This document shows, piece by piece, positions 29,501 to 44,688 of a stretch of 64,000 nt of DNA. The notes under the pieces are model-generated. The model was not told the origin of the DNA, made no database searches, and saw only the letters and a list, made by a program, of their open reading frames with translations. Origin of the DNA: Trichosphaerium sp. ATCC 40318 (lineage: Eukaryota; Protista; Tubulinea); the NCBI GenBank assembly GCA_038496445.1, contig JALMLS010000216.1, positions 186,001-250,000 on the forward strand. Direction: 5' to 3'. The translations under genes were made by a program, and so were the position numbers. The stretch's first letter is position 1, and each line of letters starts with the position of its first letter.

Positions 29501-31244
29501 ATGGTGCTAAGTACAAAACTCGCTCTCTTACTTGTATTCCTCATCACTGCTTGTGTTGTACGTGTCACCCATTTCATCTCTTTTTCTCGGAGTTGTAGAC
29601 CTGACTTTTGTACTGCTAGTTTGTACAAGCAAGTACTGAAGATGACGACGATGATAAACCAATGGGAAAACCAATGGGTTCAAAGTACGACGATGAAAAG
29701 TGGAAATGGTGGAAAGATATCTTGAAACAATTGAAAGAGCGCAAAGAGCGTGAAAAGAAATGCGGAAACTGCCCAGACCATTTGGAACGTATTTGCGGTA
29801 CTGATGGTGTATCATACCAAAACGAGTACGTGGAAACCAAAGAAACCAAAAGAAAGCAGCAAACAGGTCTGGAAACCGAATAGGAAAGCAAAAACTCTTC
29901 CTTTTTTGGCGAACCGTGATAGCTTTGCGTTTTTGTTTTTTTCAGAAACTCTCGGATTTTTTACCTTTGATCTTTTGTAACTCCTTTATTAGATGCTACA
30001 TGACAAGAGAAAATTGTCTCGAAGAGAAATCATCAAAGGATAAAGCACGTAAAGAATGTGATGGTCCATGTCCATGCGAAGATGATGTCAAGGTTTGTAC
30101 TTTCCAAAAGACATGTGATGGATGGCCACTTGACCCTAACTTTGAAGCACTCAACTGCAGCAAAGGTGAATACTGCATGGTACGCTTACATGACAGCGTA
30201 AATCGGTCTATACCTTGTCTTTGTTATACAATGCAGTTGCCTAAAGAATACTCTGTAGGAGACTTCTGATAATGATGCTTGCCCTACAATCTACACTGGT
30301 GTATGTAAAGAAATCTTTGCTGATAAATGCGTGTTCCTAAACAAAACTGGATGTGATGAGGATTTTGACGCACCTGTATGTGGTTCAGACGGTACCACAT
30401 TCAAAAACGAGTATGTCTTTGTAAAAACGTACTCATTGTTCATATACTGACATTTCTCAGTTGCCTTCGCTTCAAAAGAAACTGTGAAGACGGTGTAACA
30501 AGAGAAGATGATGGTTGGATAAGAAGACAATGCCACGGTGAATGTCCTTGTGAGCCATGTGCTTTCACACGTGAATTGGTTGAAGGTGAATGTATAGCTG
30601 ATCAAAATCAAACCAGCACTGGATGCCCAGAAGGTATTTTTGCAACCCAATTCTTCTTAAACTTACCTTCTTTAGATTGGGAATGCGGCGCTAGAGTATG
30701 TGTTGGTGAAGATGACTGCTCCCCAGAGTGCTTCGGATACTGCCAACCTAAGGGTGCTAAGGGTTCTTTCGATTCTCCTACTGCACCTTCTGAGGATTCA
30801 GAAGATGACGATAAAGTATCTGTACGTGGAACAAGTTGTTTGTACAAAAACTTATCGTATTTTTTCTAGATCAAGATACGCGTTTTCCTAAGCAACTGTG
30901 AAAACTTGGGAAAATTGACTGATTTCATCGCTCAATACACTGACAATGCTATCAAAGTTGTTGATACATCAGGTTGTGATACAAGCAAACGTGGTGCCGT
31001 CATTAGAGGTCACATTGATGTCGCTGTTGACTCTGAATCAAGTGAGTTGTCTTTACTTGGTTACTTTTTTTTTTCTCCTTTTTAAGTCTTCGATTATTGA
31101 CATGTTGTAGGCGAAACTGTTAGCGCTGTTGTATCTAGCTTGAAGAGATCTGATCTCAACGTAGTCACTGTAACAACTAGTTCAAGTGCATCTGTTGTAG
31201 CTGTCTTGTCTATGATTGTTGCTTGTGTAGCACTCTTGTTCTGA
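29501..31244 (+). CDS. Cysteine-rich surface protein with two Kazal domains and C-terminal TM/GPI signal
   Basis: Signal peptide; CPDHLERICGTDGVSYQNEC and CDEDFDAPVCGSDGTTFKNEC; hydrophobic C-terminus SASVVAVLSMIVACVALLF*. Confidence 0.8.
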
Positions 31245-31584
31245 ACGAGCTAGCTCTTTTTTCCTATTGCACAAATAAACACTTTATAGTTACACACCAG
31301 TTTTTCGTCAGGCCACTAAAATACTGTTGTAATTGCAAATAGAATTGCCTTAGTTTTTACCGATTTACAGAGCTGCAAATTTTTACAAAATGCCGCTTAG
31401 CTAACGAATAGGAATCGTCGCTTAAGTTATCCCAATTCGTTTAAATCTAGTCTGAGGTATAATGTATTCTCTTCATTGCTCGCATTAATTACAACGGTTC
31501 ACACATGTTCAAACTATTTGTTGTGATTTCGAAAGTCCACGTGATATGTACTTTATTTGACCAGTACAACATCGCTTTTACATA

Positions 31585-32756
31585 ATGGATGAGCAAAAAA
31601 GACGAAGGTTTAGAACACAACGTTCTCAGAGTGTTGGAACCGGTATGTTGTTAATTTCGGCTATGGCTTCAGAGTCACGTGGTAGTACTTATTAGCAATA
31701 GCCACAGCACAACTCAACCAAGTACAAACGAGCGGTACAGTTTCCATTAAAGCATTGGCAGGTAAAGGATACGTTTATTCTTTTGTTTACCAATCAAAAC
31801 CACTCAAAGCAGTTCTATAGGTAAGTTAGGCCACTTTGTAGTGACCAATGCCCCAGATAAGGAGCTTACGACTGTATCATTTGCTCAACTCGTAAAATTC
31901 TCATGGGTTATAAACGTGACGAAGTAAGGAAAGAAAGTAGCTGTTATTTAACTTGTTTTAGGAATCAGCATCGTTACTTTGAAATTGAACTGTTAGAGTG
32001 GCCCGAAAAGGTAGAAGAACGCTATGGCGGCGTTATTGGAGGTAATAAGCGAAGATATAACGCTACAGTTTTGTATCTGACTCAAAAGGTGGTTCCCTAG
32101 GCATAGTCATGTCTTCAGTCAAACTGGACGATACTAACATGCCTGGAGCTGACAAAGCATGTATCGCTACAACACTCTTAACTGCGAGACTTATTCTATA
32201 TTGTAGTATTCATACGCGTACCATAGCCAAGGGGAATGCCATATAAAGGGAAGAGACCCTTTTTATTATGGTAACACTTGTTTAGAACGTTTTTTATCTT
32301 CTCACGTGGTGTTTCAAGGTGACACGTGGAAAAAAGGTGATATTATTGGCTTAGGTTTACACATTGGTTCAGGGAGGATATGGGCTTCCCACAATAAGGT
32401 GGAAATCTTTCTTAAATAATTCTTACCCTTGTTTGCAGGAATTTCTTGGCATTTTTGCAACATTGGATCAATTCAAAACAGTACGAAGTTAGTAACTTTT
32501 AACGTTATACCTAAAAGTAGTACATAGTATTTTCCCGTGTTAGCGTTATGTGAAAAGTCTAAAGTAAGTGGTAAATTGGTTCATTATTAGTTACAATGCA
32601 CTAGGTTCTTATAAGGCATAAAAAACCATTTAGGGTAAGTTTTTTCTTCAAAAGTTGACTTTTCTTTAAAAAGTTTGCGATGTAATACAGTTTAGGGACA
32701 ACCTAAGATCCCAAAGGAACATCAATTGGTACGCAAATATACTAAACAATCATTAA
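31585..32756 (+). CDS. SPRY/B30.2 domain protein
   Basis: RYFEIELLE, MPGAD, SYAYHSQG, YGDTWKKGDIIGLGL, YFPVLAL; 3' end approximate. Confidence 0.7.
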
Positions 32757-33136
32757 TTATCACATTGATTACGCCAACCTACACCTTGTCGCTTAATTCC
32801 AAATTACATAAAATTGTCACAAAACAAAAAGACACTTTTTTTGTACCACTTATATGGTTTCTAGTGGAATCATGGAGACTCGTATAGAATAAAAGGAAGC
32901 GAGAAAAAAGAACAAAGTGTAGCATGAGAACCCACAAAACCAAAAGATTGAGGAATAATTAACGGGGTGAAGTGACTGTTTTACTGCAGTAAGGGTTGTA
33001 ATTGCACTAGTGGTAGTTTATTTGTATTATTATAACAATAATAAAGCACTTAAACCTGTTGTCGTATTTGTGGTTCTTTGAAAAGATGCTCGGGTAAAAC
33101 AACTGTAATCGAGGCTGTAATGTGAGGAATTTGGAA

Positions 33137-34292
33137 CTATGACAACTTTTTTGGAAAGTAAACTTCCACTTCATCTGCACTGGCGTATGACCATACAACT
33201 GGAAATAAAGGACCTTTGGCATTTTTCATTGATATTTTTCTTTGTGGCTCCTCTTTTCCTTCACAGTAAATTGTCAATTCCTTCTCATTCAAATCTAGCT
33301 TCACACCCACTTTCTTGTCTTTGTAGAAACTTTCATATTCTCCATTTACCATTATGTTTGTATGAGCACGTTTTCCAGCGGAAACTATATTAAGTGAAGC
33401 ACCTCCATGGTAGTAACCCCAGAATCCTAGCATTATTGTCAGGTCATCCTCTTTTGAAAGGTTTCATTTTGTTCAAAAGGTAGACTTTCTGTTGTTATAA
33501 CTAATGTTCTTATATTAAGACTAAACAATACCTTTTATATACTCAACATCACGTTTCAGTGTCATTGTTTCGCTTCCAAATCCTATAGCCATAGCAAAAT
33601 TTCTTTTTATTACTTTCATTTCAAATAGCCAGCACCCTTCAACAATTAGGAAGTCTGTAAAAAATGTTAACAAATGCTTTTTGGTTTTGTGACAAAGTAT
33701 TTGGACACCAAGCCAGGCAGGCAAACATGGTGTCACAAAAAAATTGTATTTTTTACTGATTAAAAGCTAGTCGGAGGGGATGCAGACGTGTCTGAAAATT
33801 ATTGAGACAAAAAGAATCTAGCACTTTTGTGTTTGTACCCAGCATAGCTGAACCTGGTAGTATGCATTGTAGTCTTTTGGGCCATGTTGTCTTCTTTTCA
33901 TCCCATAGTTTCGTAATTACTGTCTCATCATCCTCTCTTCTACGATACAATGTCAGTCGAGACATTTCAAGTAATGGCTAAAAAATTTTGGGTTCGGTGA
34001 AAGCATTTCTTGCCAACAAAAGCGCCCAGCGCTTGTTTACATACGCTTCATGTACCTCGAGCCTAAACGGGCTCGATAGTTCCTTATAACCTAAACGCCA
34101 ATCACTGTATTCCACACGGGTTCCATTTGCGTCATTAGCGTCAAACCAATGGCTTTCTGTTAATTTGCGCCAAACTGTGTTTGAACCAGCGAAATGCCTC
34201 CAATCTACGCAAACACGCATCGAGCGACCCACAGCAGGTGCGTCTAGCTCTGAAAACACATGACAGAGGATCTCCGGTGGTAGATCTTCCAT
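33137..34292 (-). CDS. F-box + SPRY domain protein (FBXO45-like architecture)
   Basis: MEDLPPEILCHVFSELDAPAVGRSMRVCVDWR (F-box); WLFEMKV...KVGVKLDLNEKELTIYCEG...GPLFPVV (SPRY). Confidence 0.8.
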
Positions 34293-34494
34293 TGTTGTTT
34301 GTTGCTTTATTTTTAGCTGTCTTTTCTCCATTTAGTTCTCCACATAAAAATAATCCAAGTCAGTCCATTTCTCTTGCTCGAATTAACTATGAGCGTATTG
34401 AGTGTCAGAGCCTTGATCGAATGTAATCTACCCTTCTGAGATATAATTCCAGTGCTATTAACTATTGTGTAACTGTGGAGGATATACAAATTAT

Positions 34495-35857
34495 TTATTC
34501 AAAATGCTGTTTTAAGTACATGATTGCTGGATGACCGTTCTTTAGAAATATAACATTAGGTGTTCATGTGATAAATATACTATAATTTGCAAAATCGTAC
34601 CTCTGTGTACCGAAGATTAGAAGCTGTTGGTACTCTCCGTATTTCCTTAAAAGTTTTTAGTCAGAATTTTTATTGGATACGGAAATGCTCCATTATTAGT
34701 GTACCTGCACTGGTGGGCCAATATAGTTATCTACAATGTATCTGTTATCTGTTGAAGCTGATGACCAATCTAAAAACGTGAGTATTAGTATTGATTTAAG
34801 AAAGGACCAGTCGTCACAATCAAAATTCCATTCAACTGCTATCATTTTTTGTAATACTGCCGTACCAGCTGTTGTATATAATAGGTTGGCAAATAGATTA
34901 AAGTAGTTTGTGAACAGATACTTGGACTTCCAAGTATATACAATTGAGGTACAAGTACTTAAAAGTAAACCCATTTGACGCTTCCAAATGTCTAAGTATT
35001 TCTTAGCACAACAAAGATACAATGCAAGAGAAATATCGAGAAAACGCAATACAATGACAATATAAAGGCATTCAACACTGGTTAGTTTACCTCGTGAAAG
35101 AAGCAATGCAAACGCAACAAAAAACATCCATGACTCCCATATGGCGTATAAATATGCTGAGAAGAAAAGATTAGTTTTTCATGTGACATTTTATTTTTCT
35201 CAAAATATTGAAAATAAGCGCACCTTCTTTAACGAATGATTGTAGGAACGTATCTGGCTCTACCATTACCATCTTTAGACGCGATCTCTTGGATTTCTTT
35301 GCTTTAAACGCATAACGGAGCACGCCGCGCCAAAATATAAATGTTGCTGTGAAAAGGTTGCTGATGAGAGCAGCACGGTCTGTAATGGTGTGAGGGGTGG
35401 TTTATAACATACTCTTCTTAAAAAAAAACCGTACGACTGTACCGCAATTCCCACTTAGTTTTACCGAGATTCTTTTCTGCCTGTGCCATACGCTCTTTCA
35501 GAGCAGCTATTTCTCTTTGACCAGAGTTAAACTGACTTTTTTTGCTTATTGATACTAACCTGAGCGAAGTCTGTTGGTAGTGCTCAATCTGCGTCAACAT
35601 GTCCAGAATGTCATCTAAAATGCGATTGTGAGGAAATCTAAATCATTCATTATGCTTATTTCTGTACCTGAGGACGCTATGGATGTAGACGCAGTAGATT
35701 CACTGCGAGTTAACACTGCATTAGGTTGCATTAAGTTGTGGGTTCCGATTCTAGCTTCTTCCGCGTCTGTGATAACGTGGCATCGCTCTTTGGAGGTATT
35801 TGCTGTATTCTTTTCCAAATTCATGTTACTTATCGTATCGTCGTTTGAGCGACGCAT
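34495..35857 (-). CDS. Uncharacterised membrane protein with coiled coil
   Basis: Spliced ORF from MRRSNDD with a short coiled coil (EIAALKERMAQAEKNL), several hydrophobic helices and end NGHPAIMYLKQHFE*. Confidence 0.55.
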
Positions 35858-35976
35858 CTAGCTCATAAAGGAGCAGGTTCTGTACTGTAGAACTGTAAAT
35901 AGTGAATGGCCTGACTTAAACTCTTTTTAAAAAAGTGTGACTTTTCTGTAAGCAATTTTGTTCTCACGAGCACGAC

Positions 35977-38642
<2,666 letters not shown>

Positions 38643-39137
38643 TAAAAAGTACATTACATAGTAATCTAGATGCCAAGGGTAGAAATTAAGCTCATAATTT
38701 GCAGCATGTAGTGTGAACGTCCCATTATTTAGTATATGAAGTAATTCGGCTGGGACAGATGAGGTCCACTTTGCTATTCTCAAGTGAAGTTAATGCTTAC
38801 AGCTTGTCCAAACAAAGAAAGACAGTTGTCAACAAGAAGAAAGGTACTATGTTAGTCACCGTACATGACATCTGACTAAGGGTGCGCCCAACCTTGTACA
38901 TTACAAAAAGCAACAGCTGCCATAAAATAACGTTAGCTAAATCTAATCTTTCGAGATGTGTAATATGCTTGTCCGAAATAATATACTGCAAGATCTCAGT
39001 AATGTAGTCTTGTGGAATACTTTATTTGATGGTAAGTATAAATCACGTGATTATTACTGATCGTGAGTGGTTGTTTAAACAGAAGCAATTAAATTGTTAG
39101 TTCAGATTGTGTTTACAAGGACGAAAGAATTTATGGC

Positions 39138-39505
39138 TTAGGACAAAGTCACTTTATCGTTTTCGTTCAAGGTATCGCTTGATTCAACACCATTAACCTC
39201 AACAGTCGCGTTTGCGAGAATATCAGAGAGTTGAGGGTACCTCTCCGCCAAAATATCTTTGAGCCCTTCGGAAGTTGTCTAATAGGTCTATGAGATCTTG
39301 CATGTGGCTATGCGCACCTTATCCGGTATTTCGAAAGTGAATTCGTTTTTAGTGGTGCTAAGGGCGTTTTTCATCTCCTCGGACGTAAGTACTAACGTTA
39401 TTCGCGTTTTCTGAGGTGTTTAGCGACGTTTATAGTTGGGTTGTTTAAATGCGCATTACGTACTTCTGTAGGCACATAATCGCTCTCTTCACTATGTAGC
39501 CTCAT
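39138..39505 (-). CDS. Small MoaD/ThiS-like beta-grasp protein lacking the C-terminal GG
   Basis: Three exons give MRLHSEESDYVPTEKTRITLVLTSEEMKNALSTTKNEFTFEIPDKTTSEGLKDILAERYPQLSDILANATVEVNGVESSDTLNENDKVTLS*. Confidence 0.6.
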
Positions 39506-39795
39506 GTTGTGTTTGCCTGAGCTTGCGTCTCGCATCTTATGTTTCGCTCTGAAGCACCACATTTCGTTGTAATGATTAAAACCACTCAAAAGAATTCACA
39601 TAACCAACAAGACCGTGTTCGTCCTGTTTTCAAGATAATAAACTAGTTTTCGGTTTGAGCTTCACTGAACAAATAGTGTTTTGTGTTGTAAGAAGTTCTT
39701 TTACTGGTTGGGGAAATCTAGTGATTTATTATAGCTGCACTTGTTCTTGCTGTTGAGTTCTACAACTGAGAGCTTCATAAAGCTTTTTACTTCGT

Positions 39796-42700
39796 TTACG
39801 CAAATAAGCGATGGCTTGCTGATTTCATTTGTATAATGTTCTTAGCTGCAGAATCATCCTTCTGTTCAACAGCTGCATCTTCTAATATCTCTTCTTGGAC
39901 TTGCGCTTGACGCATAAATCCATCTAGTTTCTCAGCTTGTTTGATAAAGTTAATATACTGCCTTTGGTGTGATTTTGAGAACATAGCACGTTGGAGAAGA
40001 CGTTGATGAGATATGAGATTAACACGTGCTTCTTTATATTCTCCAAACTGTGCCATTTCAGCTGATTGTTGAACAGCTTTCATAGCAACAACAGAAGCAG
40101 CAATATTTTTCTCAGCTTCTTCAATTTCATGTGTAGTAGGTAGTGATCTTGTTTCAACACGAAGTACCTTAGCTCCATTCGGTTGAATGTATTCTATCTA
40201 AAGTAAACAATCCATCAGTATGTCACTAAAAAGGAGCTGCAATTTTGAGCCCAGACAACTAACGTACTTGAACTTGGAAGTTAAGTGACTTTGGTTCCTT
40301 AAAGAACTCTATTGGTTTGAACGAGAAAGTAACATCAGTGTCTTCGTTGACATTACCCAACTCTCTAACAGATTTACATTCGCCGGAATCTGCAAATTCA
40401 AGGCTCTTATGACTAACAACGGTACATGTAAGACCAGTAGCAATAACAGGTTTACTCATAATCTTTGCTACCTGAAAAAAAAAACCCAAACGTCAATAAA
40501 AACTTGATGAAGTTCTACAGCAAACAACGTCGTACCTGTTGGTTTAGATCTAATGGATTTACTATATCTACAACACCAGCAGTCTTATCGGCAAGCACAC
40601 CAACAGTTTCAACTGATGTATCATCACCACGGATACTAATAAAGTTGATAGTGGTTCCATTTGATTTGGCAATATCGGCCATCTTCTCATAGTCAATTTT
40701 AGCTTTTTTCTTTGATGACTCTGAAGATCCTATCTGTCCGACACCAAAGTTGGCAAGACCATCAGTACATACCATTACTAAATATAACACGTGAGTGGAG
40801 TATAACAGAAAGCAAATGAACAGGAAAGAAAAAAAGGACGCACTCTTTGATCCAGGGCTAGAGGAAGCCATACCAATGGCGTAACATACAGCTGGTCCAA
40901 GAGCAGTTGATCCTTCTTCAGAAATGCGATCAACTACATTTGTGAGTTGGTCAGCGCATTCTGATGCTGGCTTAAGTTTGTGCGTTTTGAAGTATTCTTC
41001 TCCCTGTGAGCTAATGAGACTAATGTGACTTCAAAGAAAAGAAAAAAGTGGAATCTACTTACACCTTTTACAAGCGTGTTTATCCTTGCATAGTTTCTTC
41101 GATTTATGTAGTCTGGTTTTCTAGATGTACCATCACCATAAACAGCGATGCGAGTACCGAAAGTGATAAGAACTGGTCTTGAGTTTGGAAATCTGTACTT
41201 CATTTGCTGCAACTGAATATGTACAGCTGAAAAAAAGGGTGAGCGAGAAAGAACAAACGTGACATGTTACATACCTGCTTGGATACACTGCATGCGTGAT
41301 ACGTAGTCCGAGTTTTTACTCTTCTTGGCAATAGCCTCCGGTAAGTTTGTTCCTCCCTCTACTTTCGTAGTAACTGTCATAGATCCTGAAATATCAACAC
41401 AAAAAATAACAAGTGCTTCATCCATAAGATTCTTATCAACCTTCCCACTTCCTTCAGATACAGCAGGGTTCAATACATATTCAACAGTCTGTTGATTAGG
41501 CTCCTCCCCTTCTTCTAACATTATCTCATTCTCAGTATCACAGAAGGAGCACTTCCAGGTAAAGGTAGCTACAAAAAAAAAGTTAAAATAAAAATAACTT
41601 GTTCTTTCCTTTTTCAACGTACTGTCATCGATTTTAGTAAGCTTTGAGCTGTGATTCATGATAGCAGGACATTCGTTGCAATATGTAGGTTCTCCAGTCA
41701 TCTCAACAGCTTTCCCTTTACTCTTATCAAGTGCTTGCATTGGCACGTGAATGATATTTGTAGTACTAAGCTCATGCTTGATTGGTTCTCTGTCAGCTAA
41801 ATAAAACTTAGCGAAATAAGGCAAAACCCAAAAAACACTGAGATTAAGGATTAACCTAGTAACGGACAATAGTCCAATCACCATGTTCTTCAACAAAAAA
41901 AAAAAAATTCATATATGAACGTACCTTGCGGTATAAGAGTCTTTGCCCAAATGATCTCAGTTCGTTCAGCTTCTTTGTTATTAGCTACTTGTTGAGACTT
42001 CTCAGGTAGTCCGACAACCTTAGGGTTTGTGGAAGCTCCGCCAGTCCATTGTCCTCTAGAAAATACTTCTTAGAAACAATCCTTCGACAAAGAAAAAGTG
42101 CAGCGTACGATGTTCCCCAAGGGCACTTTGTATCAATGATACTTGGTCCATACTCTTCATATTCTTCTTTGCTTATAGCCATATCTAAAAACGTTGGTAG
42201 TGATCCTAGAATTGAACCACCAATCCAAGCAGAATACTTTCTCTCTGGTGGTGCTATAACGTTTGCTTTTGTTATATTATTCGGAACCATGGCAGTGATA
42301 TCTTTTTTCAACCTTTCTGCGTATCCAGGGAACATAGTATTTCCGCCAGCAAGCACAATATTAGCAAACAAATCCTACAAAAAAGTTCCAAAATCAGAAA
42401 AATAGCTGAAACCTTTCTGTAACTTGTGCACTTAACGTACCCTTCTAAGATCAACGTCTATAGACCAAATAGAGTTAAATACAAGGTCAGCAACACCAGC
42501 ACTTTCCATACCGATAAACGAAGGCTATGGTGGTTGTTTAATGGTGAAAACAGGCAAAAGAAGAAAAAGTAGTCGTACTGCAAACATTGCTTCTGCACAA
42601 CGGAAACGTTCATTGGCAATAGTAATGATTTGTCCATCAGGTAGTTCATATCGTTTTTCCAAAGCAGAAGAAGAAGAACACTTTCTCATTTCCTCTTCAA

Positions 42701-44474
42701 AATCCAAAGAAACGTAGCATAGTTTTTCTAAAGTTTATATTAGAAATCTGATTGTTTTTGTTCTACCAAAAAACCTCCTAACCTTTAATGTCTTTAATAA
42801 TATCTCTCTCACTTGTTGTTGTGAAAGAATATCCACGTTCAGTAAGGATCTTCATTAGGTAGTCTGTAAGATTACCACCAGCAATATCAAGGCGTCTTAT
42901 ACCATGCATAATAGGAAATCCTTGCTGAAGAAAACTTTAGCACTAAAAACGCCCAATAACTTCGAACAACGTACATAAACTGGAACAACATTTGTGACAC
43001 CATCACCAGAATCTAACACGACACCAGTAGTCCTTCCAGTTTGAAATAACGCAAGAACGCTTGACATTGGTTGGTAATAAGCTGGAACATTAAATGACTC
43101 AAACATAATCTAAAAGAACAGTATTAATAAATCACTTCTTTGCTACTAGTTTCTTATTCTATTTATACCTGCGTAGCTTTCCGCCTGTTTGCTAAAGAAG
43201 TGAGAGGACATTCTGTAGATATTACAGGATGTTCCTCTGGAGCAACACGCAATTCATTGTAAAAAGTATGATGCCACAATTTTTCCATGTCATCCCAATT
43301 TGTTACTATACCGTGTTCTACTGGGTATTTCATTGTCAAGATACCTCTCTTAGCTCGAGCTTCATCACCTACATAACAGTCTTTTTGACCCATACCAACC
43401 TAAGTTTCAACCATTACAAAACAGCAACTTTTCAGAAAGAAAAAAAAAAAGGCAACTAAAGATTACCATAACACCTCTATGTCTGGGGCGTCCCACAATT
43501 GATGGCAAAACAGCACAAGGAGCATCATCCCCGGAAAATCCAGCCTTCATCATCCCAGATGAGTTATCTATAACAACAGTCTCACCCACATCATTATCAG
43601 TGGACAAAGCCAAAGCGTTTTTTACTTTTGGCTGAAACAGAGCTGGTACTGCAGATGGAGCTACTGAAGGTCTGAAAGTATGAAATATCATTAACAAGAT
43701 ATCACAGTTGATGTTAACACGTACGCAGATACTTTGGCAAGTTCATCTTGTCCTGTGGGGTTATTTTGTTCTTCCTCTTTTTTCCTTAATTCAGCTGATC
43801 TTTTCTCTTCTTCTTCAGCCATCTTACGTCTTTGTTCACGTAGTTTTGCTTCTGCTTTAACACGCCTTTGTTGCTCTTGTTTTACGCGCTTCTTTGACAA
43901 GGCATCGTATGTTGAAGCTTTTCCTTTCTAAAAATAGTTATTGCCTTGTTTTGGTACAACGCTCTCGTTGTAAGTGTTTCTACCTGAAATCTAGGCTGCA
44001 GACGCCTTGCTGATGAGAAAACGCCCAAATGCGATGCTTCCGCGTCATTGTGCTGTGCTGCTTTACCGCTTGCCTGCACTGAGCGTTAGAATGTTTTTTG
44101 ACTCGCTTGATTTGTACCTTTGCTTGTTCGTGGCCCATTCGCACCAACTCTTGTATAAACGATTTGTCAAACGAGCTTTCACCCATTTCAGCAGCTTCTG
44201 CCCAAAGCTAAACGATTATGTTGAGTATTAACAACAGGCAGACTAAACGCTTACCTTGGCTTGCTCTTGAGCGCAGGCGGCTAGCCCGTCTTCTATTTCA
44301 TCTGCACCATTTGTTAACCGCTAGAACACGTTTCGAGCAATCTTACCTTGATAAATCTCTTCTTCGGGCTCTTCCTATAGTAAGAAAAGGTAGAGCGAAC
44401 CATTTGATTACTATTTCACAGCTTTTGGGTACCTCTGGGATGTATACTATTTCAGAAGCAAATTTTAAGCTCAT
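39796..44474 (-). CDS. Actin-domain / Sec23-type zinc finger / vWA fusion protein (CPRas1-like scaffold)
   Basis: Continuous frame after splicing: [14 protein letters not shown]..coiled coil..[16 protein letters not shown] (actin ~43585-42121)..KCPWGTSGQWTGG linker..[54 protein letters not shown]. Confidence 0.85.
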
Positions 44475-44688
44475 TGCGTTGTTGGTTATTACAATTAATT
44501 GCTCTCGTAAACGATTCAACAAAACTGTGACAAAAAAAGTCGTTCAAAGTAAAGAAAACACATGGGAATTTCTCAGCTTTGTTTAACACCATTCTTGATA
44601 TCGTAGAGATTAAGATCAGATTGGTATCGTCTAAAGTTCAAATCACAATAAGAGTGCAGCTTCTTCACTCATCAAAATGTACATTTAT

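Noticed and set aside
33050-33139. Possible TAG readthrough or reassignment (open frame continues ~28 codons after the F-box/SPRY TAG)
   Set aside because: No in-frame TAG was found in conserved exons of GPI, actin or MAPK, so the standard code fits.
34675-34680. GTATCC on the minus strand (also at ~27566) as U12 donors
   Set aside because: Both lie inside introns that begin at upstream GTAC donors.
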